This document shows, one piece after another, positions 56,060 to 64,000 of a DNA stretch of 64,000 nucleotides (its first letter is position 1; every line of letters starts with the position of its first letter). A program made the translations under genes and the position numbers. The stretch is from Raja brachyura (Eukaryota): NCBI GenBank assembly GCA_963514005.1, contig OY740790.1:51522001-51586000 (forward strand), in the 5' to 3' direction. A model generated the notes under the pieces. That model was not told where the DNA came from, did no database searches, and was given only the letters and a program-made list of their open reading frames with translations.

Positions 56060-57620
56060 TACTGTCAATCTATTATTGATCGGTAGATGAATTAAAGTGG
56101 ATCCAGGTCATTACTGAGGCAGGCATTGAGTTGCATGATAACCAATCTCTTGAAGCGCTTCATTGCAATGGGTGTCAGTGACAACAGTCAGTAGTTGAGG
56201 TATCTCACTTGGTTCTTCTCGGGCACCAGTATTATGGATGTCCTCTTTAAGCATGTGGGAACGTCAGGCATAGTAGTGAGAGGTTAACGGACAGTCCAGA
56301 TAGTTGGTCTGAGCAGGTTTTGAAAAACAACTAGGTGCATCATTGGGGCCAAAAGGTTCTCCCTGGTGACGGACCTTCAGACATTGGCCTCGAATACCGT
56401 GGTCAGAGGGTCATGGAGGTTCGTGAAGGTACATTGTTGTTCTTCCTCTCGATGCTAGAAAGCACTGAGCTCATCTGGGTGCTGTCATTCTGCCACATGA
56501 GCTACTCAGATTCATGGTCGGAAGCAGTGACTTGTGAGCTCTGTCACAGTTGCCGAGCTTCTTTCTGAGCCTCCATTTAGTCCTCGTGATACTTTGCATT
56601 TGCAATGGTCTTCTGGAGGTTGTACCTGGACATCCTGTATGACTCTGATTGCCTGACTTGAACTTCACAGGTCTTGTCTTCAGCAGATTGCTGATCTTCT
56701 CATTCAAACAGACTAGCGGATAGGGAACACTTGGGAGGTATTGGTAGGAACACATTCCTCTGCATATTTCCTTGTGAAGTCGATAAAAATGGTGGCATAT
56801 TCGTTCAGGTCCATTGCCAAGTCCTCAAACATCGCTCAGTCCAAGCACTTGCTAAGTCGCTCCTCTGCCGCCCTTGACCAGCTCTGTACAATCCTCTTCA
56901 CCAGAGCCCAGCTGCTGCTTACACGCACAAAGAAGAAGCATAGCCAGGTGGTCCAATTTTCCAAAGTGCGGGTGAGGGATGGAGCAAAAGGCCAATCCTG
57001 ATGATGAGGTAGTGCTGGCTGAGAGTGTTTGACTCTCTGCTGCTGCAGCAGACATCTTCAGTTTTGAGATGTCTTCGTCAAGATAGTTTTACTAATGACC
57101 CCAGCACAGATGGAGAGGACACCAGAGTATGCTGTCTGGTGTCTGTTGATCACAGTTTACAGTCCTTCAAGAGCAGGAGTTGGACAAGTCCACCACATCC
57201 AGGCACCATGAGGAGTCGACCATGCGTCAGATGCCATCACCTCTCGTCTGGTCCATACAAATGGATTTAGAAGCCTTTGCGCATAGTCTGGGAGAAAGTC
57301 ATGCGTCTGTGAAACAGGGAGCACCGCATTTGCTCCTGTCCCTTGGCTAAAGCAGTCTTGCCCTTAAGCCCTCAGTCTTATTTTCTATCGACCGTACAAT
57401 GGCCAAGAGAATACTGGGGGTGTGGGATTCTCTGATGCCTCCTCCGTACTTGGAGACCACCCCGATGACTACGTTTTTGGGCACAATGGAGGCCTCCCTG
57501 ATGCTTCCAGGTACGGCACCTACCTTGCCTGTGTGATGCAGGGTTTGGACCACCGTGTCCATCAGAGGTTGGTAAGAAATGGTCCAGAAGCCTGATAGTC
57601 ACAGCACCAATCTCTGCTGC
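56060..57620 (-). mobile_element. Rex1/Babar-like non-LTR retrotransposon remnant (AP endonuclease to RT N-terminus)
   Basis: Degenerate peptides RGGLQVR, PSILLAIVRSIENK..LRARL, MVDSSWCLDV, PHFGKLDHLAMLL, VPTCLKRTSIILVPEK and LTPIAMKRFKRLV in colinear order with many frameshifts; family assigned from recall. Confidence 0.8.
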
Positions 57621-57744
57621 TTTTTCTGATTGTTAAGAGTTTAAAATGCTGAGGGAAACAGCACAAAACCACCACAGAAACAAAGATTGTGATTGGAAAT
57701 ACAGAATTTCAGGGGAAATTTCAGTGGAACCTGGTCCTGTCCCT

Positions 57745-58054
57745 ACAGTGGTGCAGCGGCAGAGTTGCTGCCTTACAGTGCCAGAGATCCGGGTTTGATC
57801 CTGACTACAGGGTGCTGCCTTTTCGGAGTTCAGGCGTTCTCCCTGTGACTGCGTGGTGAAGCTATTTCTCCGGGTGAAGCTGTTTACTCGCACACTCCAA
57901 AGGTGTACAGGTTTGTAAGTTAATTGGCTTTGGTAAAATTGTAAATTGTCCCCTGTGTGTAGGATAGTGCTAATGTACGGGGTGATTGCTGCTCGTACTG
58001 ACTTGGCAGGCTAAAGGGCACCTGTTTCTCCAAAGTCTAAGATCTAAAGTCTAA
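57745..58054 (+). mobile_element. HE1-type SINE
   Basis: Head, altered V-domain, (CTAAAGT)n tail. Confidence 0.82.
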
Positions 58055-58955
58055 ATCTCATGGACCTATATTGCAGGAAATGCAGTTACTCTAGTATTCT
58101 GACCAATATTTACCAATTAACACACTCCTAAAAACAGATGACACCGTTATTATCATAATTCTATCTGTCAGACTTTGCGAAGTCTAAGTTAACTGTTGCG
58201 TTTCTTATATTGCAACAGTGACCAAACCTTGAAAGTATTTAATTAGCACTGGCTCTTGGGAGCATTACTGTGTGCTTCCATCTAGGCTGAGAAAATACCA
58301 ACTGTTTCCTGTCACTTGGCCAAATTTCGATCCCATACTACTGCGGAGCCTCCTATTCAAAGGGCTTTAATCTGCTGCCAGCCACTGTTTAATTGAGGCT
58401 GTGACACAACAAAATCCAGTGTCCAAAACAAACTATATTGGACCAAGGCCGGGTCCTGGTAAAGTGGTGCTGAGAGAATCAGGGAATGGGTTTGCAAAGT
58501 TACAACTGAGGAGTACAGGGAGGAGTTCTATGTTACAAGGGTCTGTCAGAAAGACTGGAACCCAAAGTTTTGTGAGGGGGGGAGGGGGGGGAAAGGGCGG
58601 TGGGGTGGACATTGGTTGGGGATGTACAGAAAATGGGCTGGGGATGGGGGGAATTGAAAGCAATTGAGCGGCAGGTGGGGCAGGCGGGTGTAACGGATAG
58701 TGAAAGAGTTATCGGGAGGGAAGAGTCCTGGTCCATCATTGTTGGGGAGGGCATGTATCAAATTATATTATAAAAAGCAAGCATCAAATTTCCAACATTA
58801 ATTATAAATAATTTCTAGATGATGTTCGTTTTAAGGTTTCTGAGAATGACTGCAGCATTTTATTGCGAGGCCATCATCTACCAAGAGTATTTATAGGAGG
58901 TGGTTTTTTTTGTAATATTTAGCATAATAACTAGTGCGTAGTATGTTGTTTGATG

Positions 58956-59340
58956 TTCTTGATTAGTACAGGTGTCAGAGGTTATGGGGAGAAGGCAGGA
59001 GAATGGGGTTAGGAGGGAGAGATAGATCAGCCATGATTGAATGGCAGATTAGACTTGATGGGCCAAATGGCCTAATTCTACTCCTATCATATGACCTGAT
59101 GATGTGTAGGAAGGAACTGCAGATGCTGGTTTATACCAACGTGATTTTAAGCCAAGTTACAATATTTCCACTAACAATTACTAATATAGTTAAAAGGCAT
59201 TTGGACAGGTACATAGAAAGGAAAGGTTTAGAGGGATACAAGCCAAACGCAGGCAGATGTGACGAGCATAGATGGGCATCTTGGTCGGCATGGTAAAGTT
59301 GGGCCGAAGGGCCAGTTTCCTTGCTGTATGACTCTATGAC
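58956..59340 (+). mobile_element. Two CR1 3' fragments (58956-59097, 59185-59340) separated by a short PLE-terminus piece
   Basis: CR1 3' UTR motifs, KRHLDRY..RKGLEGY peptide, CTATGACT tail. Confidence 0.75.
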
Positions 59341-61644
59341 TAATTACATTTTTGATTAAATCCAATGCAAATAATTAAAGGCTTGCAACCTAGCAGAACA
59401 ACATCTAATTTCCTTTCTTTCAGAAAAACATTATGAAGAACTATTACTAATATTATAAATAGCAAGTACATCATTTGAATTTGAGATTTATGTTAATAAT
59501 TTGTTCATTAACACCATAATGTATCAATACAGTTCATGCACTTTTGCAAAGAAGTTAAAAGTTTTTTTTCAATATGGTTATATGCCTTCTACATTACACC
59601 AGTTTTATTTTTCTTCAGGAAGGTTGTCAGGGAACTAACCTTCAATTTTGTTTCATTAAAATAATTGTTACCAATGCGAATAAGACCAGCTACGTACCAC
59701 TTTTTTTGCTACTTTTCTTTATCTTGTTGGTTTACAGTCGAAACAGAAAGCAGAATTAACCAAAAAAGTCAGACGGAGATGACGCAGTCATACCGAAAAT
59801 GTAAAACTTATTTCATTCTATTCTCCAGCCGCCCCCTCCCTGCACAGAATCTTTTTCATACCATTTCTCAATGAATTGATAATTCTGACCACTCTGGGCT
59901 ACATAAGCCTTCGACTGCGTCAAAAACTACTTTTTTTTTTAAAGCTTCTTTAAGTTGCAAATCTAACGCTGAACATGTACCCTCTTGAACTGGGCTTCAG
60001 TGCAGCCAGCTCCTCTTCCAGCCTTGTCTTTTCTTCTGCCTAACAATGGTCCCTTTGCTCTATTATTCCCCCCATCCAAACCTTTCAATGCTCGAGCTCA
60101 GATGGCCTGCAATTTTTTTTCCCAGTCAATGGTTTTTCCAATAAGTCATTTACATATTCCCTTTTTTTGCCAAAAAAACACATATTCGAACTAAAGGTTT
60201 TCCCTCTGCCTATTTCAGATTTTCACTGAAATAAATGGTTGTCAATACTTGTCCATCTGTACGAGGATCTTTATTTCTCATTTGTGCGACTAGTATTATT
60301 CAATTTATCCATGTTATTTGTAAAATTGTTCCAATCAGAATGAGAATAAGTAACAATTTCTCCATCTGTGTCTTTGCAAGAACACAAATGGAACGAGCAG
60401 CTATCTGACAATGTTAACAGTCGCAGCTGTAGCATAACTAACCTAATGTGGGATAGCTTCACTGGGAATGACCTGCAGTAAGCAGTTCATTTTGTGAGGA
60501 AGTAGGCAGAATACCGAGAGGTGATATAATTCCAGCGTCAAGGATGTTCATACCCATATTCTTAATAACTAAAGAACTGATCTTCTGATTCCTTCCCTGT
60601 GCACCAGAAGATGCAGTGAAGTTTCCCATAACTAGCCCATACGATGCCAGGACAATGGGGAACCAGCTAAATTGCTTATCTGAAATCATTCATTCCAACT
60701 CTGCTAAAATACTCAATTCCTGGCACGAAAATGCTCTTAAAATTATTCTTCCAATAATGCCATCTTCCAATTACACTTGAAATGTACTCCATCTTATTCT
60801 AAAATTACAGCTAAAATGGATATTGGCAGTCATTAAGTTAATGGTGCACATCCCGTTCCTATATGGCGGTCCCAGTATTAATTTTAGACCTAGGGTCTTG
60901 CCCCAAAATGTCACCCATTCCTTCTCTCCAGAGATGCTGCCTGTCCCTGCTGAGTTACTCTGGCTTTTTGTCCGTACCTACTTGCCTGGTTGATTGCAAA
61001 TCCAATTTCACATGCAGTTCCAACTGCAAGCAATGCGTTAAAGACAATAATGATGCAGAGGAAAAACTGTAAACATAATTCTGAACGATTTGTCATATCC
61101 TTGACGTTAAGTTTCCAGAAAACGGCGTAGAAATTTCCAACAACCTTGTTCATAAAGGTGAGAAGAGTAAACAGGTGAAAGTTGGCTGATCTTTACAACA
61201 GTTTGCTTGAAATTAATGGATTAATGAGGCATTTAAATATTGGAATATAATAAGAGAAGCAGGAGTGGGCCACTATGTAATGTTGAAATTTTGCTAAATT
61301 TGATATTGTTTGTTTTCTCGCTTGAAAACGCCATTTGGGCCTAACTTCCTAATAATGCCAGGATACCACAGTAACACACGACCACCAGTGTTGAATTGGT
61401 CCAATTTCTGCTATAAAATGTTTCACTTCATAAGAATGTACATGACAGGAATCTGCAATTTGGCCAAATTCAGCAATAAACAACACTACACATCACCAAC
61501 AATGGTCACTTGCTGAGTGTGTGCCATTTGGAGTCTTTTCTGAGATTAAGGGGTGAAGTAATTGTGCCAAATACCTTTAGTCTGCATTTAATCCAAGGTA
61601 CACCTACTCTCAATAAGTGCTGCCAACATTTTGGAGGGGAAAGG

Positions 61645-61864
61645 ATAATGGTGGTGAATCTGTGGAATTCTTTGCCACAGAAGGCCTTGGAGGCAAAGTA
61701 TTTAAGACGGAGATAGATTCTTGATTAGTACGGGTGTCAGAGGTTATGGAGAGGAGGCAGGAGAATGGGGTTAGGAGGGAGCGATAGATCAGCCATGATT
61801 GGATAGCGGAGTAGACTTCATGGGCCGAATGGTCTAATTCTACTTCTATCCTATGATATTATGA
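61645..61864 (+). mobile_element. CR1 LINE 3' fragment
   Basis: VVNLWNSLPQKA peptide plus 3' UTR. Confidence 0.8.
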
Positions 61865-64000
61865 TAACTATATTTAGCTTCTCGGCATTGATATCCTTTA
61901 CGTTGATAAACACAAAGTTCATAAAAATGATTTTAAATGTATAAAATATCAATTGTGTAATCAATAGCCAAAAAACCTAGAACTTTAATCATCTGGTTAG
62001 AGGTTGAGCAATTATCTATGATTTGTGTTGTAAATATAATAAAATACAGGTGTAACTGGAGATTTGAAAACAAGACAGAACATACTGGAAATACTCAACA
62101 GGTCAGGTGGCAGCTGTGAATAAGGAAAGGTGGCCTTTGGCTTTTGACTGAAAAATTGCTAAATTTAAGTTGTAACTTTCGTTTCTCCTTCCACAGATGT
62201 TGCCTGACTTGCTGACTACTCCCGGTATTTACTGCTCCTTTAACTCTTTTAACCTGTCAAGAGGCCTTGTCTTTAAGTCTTAAACATGATATTATAATCT
62301 AGAACTGCATCTCCACTTCAATAGTTTTCACTGGCACGTTTAGGTGGCAGCCGCATTCAATGAACAAGGACACCCAATTTAATGATATTTCACTTATTTG
62401 AAGGAGTTTTGTGGATTAGAAGGTTACGGTAACACACCGCTGATTTCGAATCCCTCAGTCTGAAGAAGAGTATCGACCTGAAACATCACCCATTCCTTCT
62501 ATCCAGAGATGCTGCCTCTGAGTTACTGCTGAGTTACTCCAGCATTTTGTGTCTATCTTTATCCAGGCTGCTACCCAAATCCTATCCTACTGCATATCTT
62601 GGTAGTAACCTACTGCATATCAAACCTACTGCATATCCCGGCATTTCCAGTGTTTGACTGCTGGGGTTCCCACTTTACCAATCTGGTCCTCAGAGCATCA
62701 AAAAGAGAGAGCGTGCAATAGATGAGAAGACATGGAAAGTAAAGGGAACAAGAGACAGTACAAATAAATATTGAAAATACGAGATAAAGACTGAGGAAAA
62801 TATAAAGGAATCCAGGAGAGCAAAAACAAACTAAAATTGCACGAGGAAGAAAGAGCAGTACAGGAACAAGGCAAAAGTGAGGGCTGCGGGACATAGCAAA
62901 GTTTGGATGATGATGTTTTTCACATGGAAAGAGGCATCGTGCCATGAAACGCACCCCGTATTACTGTGCTAAGGTGGCACAGTGTCTCCATAAGGCCAGA
63001 AAGTCTAATTCTTAAACTAACAAGGGCTGAGGTCACTCAGCGTATAATTGTTTGGTTAAGGAATTTTGAAGCTTGGCAGGTGGTTGTCATTTTGAAGCTG
63101 TAATTCAGAAGTATGTCAGATTAAAAGGGAGTGACAGGTGGCGTGTGGCATGTGTACACTGGCTGTATTATTTGCATTACACTAAGTTAACCACAGGTAC
63201 AGATGTGCACAAGTAGAGCACGTTCCGTGTAGATATTTTGTATTTAGCTAGTCTTAATGATGTCACACTATATTGATAAGTCCTCTGATCTGCTGAGGTA
63301 GTGTCCATTTTGAAAAAGCATGTAAGCTTTGGCCCAAGTGCTGGTAAATTAGATTAGCATAGATAGGTTCTTGATGGTTAGCGAGATGAAATGAGCCAAG
63401 AGGCATGTTTCTATATTATGTGACTCTATGAGTCTTACCCTTTTTATCCAATTGCTTTCCCATACCATGTATATCAAATATAAAGTCTGTAAAACCATGA
63501 CAGGAGAAAACTGTATTCGTTGTGTTTTCCGCACTCTCCTGCTTGTTATCTTTTTGCATGACAATGTCGATTTGACAATGAACTAGGGGTGATTTTGATG
63601 ACATGGTCTCCCATCTTTCAGGAATAAAACATCCAATGTGGACAAACATTCCGATTAGCTGGATGGGTAGGCAGGAGGTCTGACGCCAATACATCTGGCT
63701 AATTTAAGAAACATTTGATGCACTGAATAATAAAAACAAGGGCTAGTACATCTTTCGCTGCTGTCTATTTTTATTATAGGCTCTCAACAACTAAAGCTTC
63801 TTAGATTTTTTTTAATGGCTTATTTGCTCTTAATGGGGCATGTACCCTCATTCTCACCTCCACTGAGATGCAGTTCGGGAACGTCTGACAAAAGTTCCTC
63901 TCTCCCCCTGAAAAGTGATCAGGTACACCTCTCCCAGAGGCGCTAAAATGAGAGAAAATGCGCTGATGGCTTTTATTCATAAAATTGACTGCAAAACAAT

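Overview
Vertebrate genomic DNA, almost certainly from a cartilaginous fish. The repeat content (HE1-type V-SINEs, CR1/HER1 LINEs) points to a skate or ray, which is an inference. The window holds 13 consecutive coding exons of a Patched-family Hedgehog receptor on the minus strand (31362 down to 497, 2169 nt, about 722 codons). All junctions are GT-AG, and exon lengths and phases match vertebrate Patched exons 3-15. The peptide is PTCH2-like. I could not find exons 1-2 in the 32.6 kb upstream, and exons 16 onward lie left of the window. The rest is intron rich in retroelements: HE1 SINEs, CR1 and Rex1/Babar LINE remnants, Penelope-like element (PLE) termini with minimal hammerhead-ribozyme cores, a MITE, microsatellites and two assembly gaps. 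Highlights: (1) a defective CR1 in intron 2 appears to have been copied with 110 bp of its unique 3' flank into intron 6 and capped by a second CR1 tail, giving a ~1.07 kb near-perfect inverted repeat around exons 3-6. (2) A family of short, often head-to-head palindromic PLE-derived units is centred on a hammerhead core, and one has a 16-bp target-site duplication. (3) There are perfect intronic GLI sites. Most short ORFs in the supplied track are spurious.
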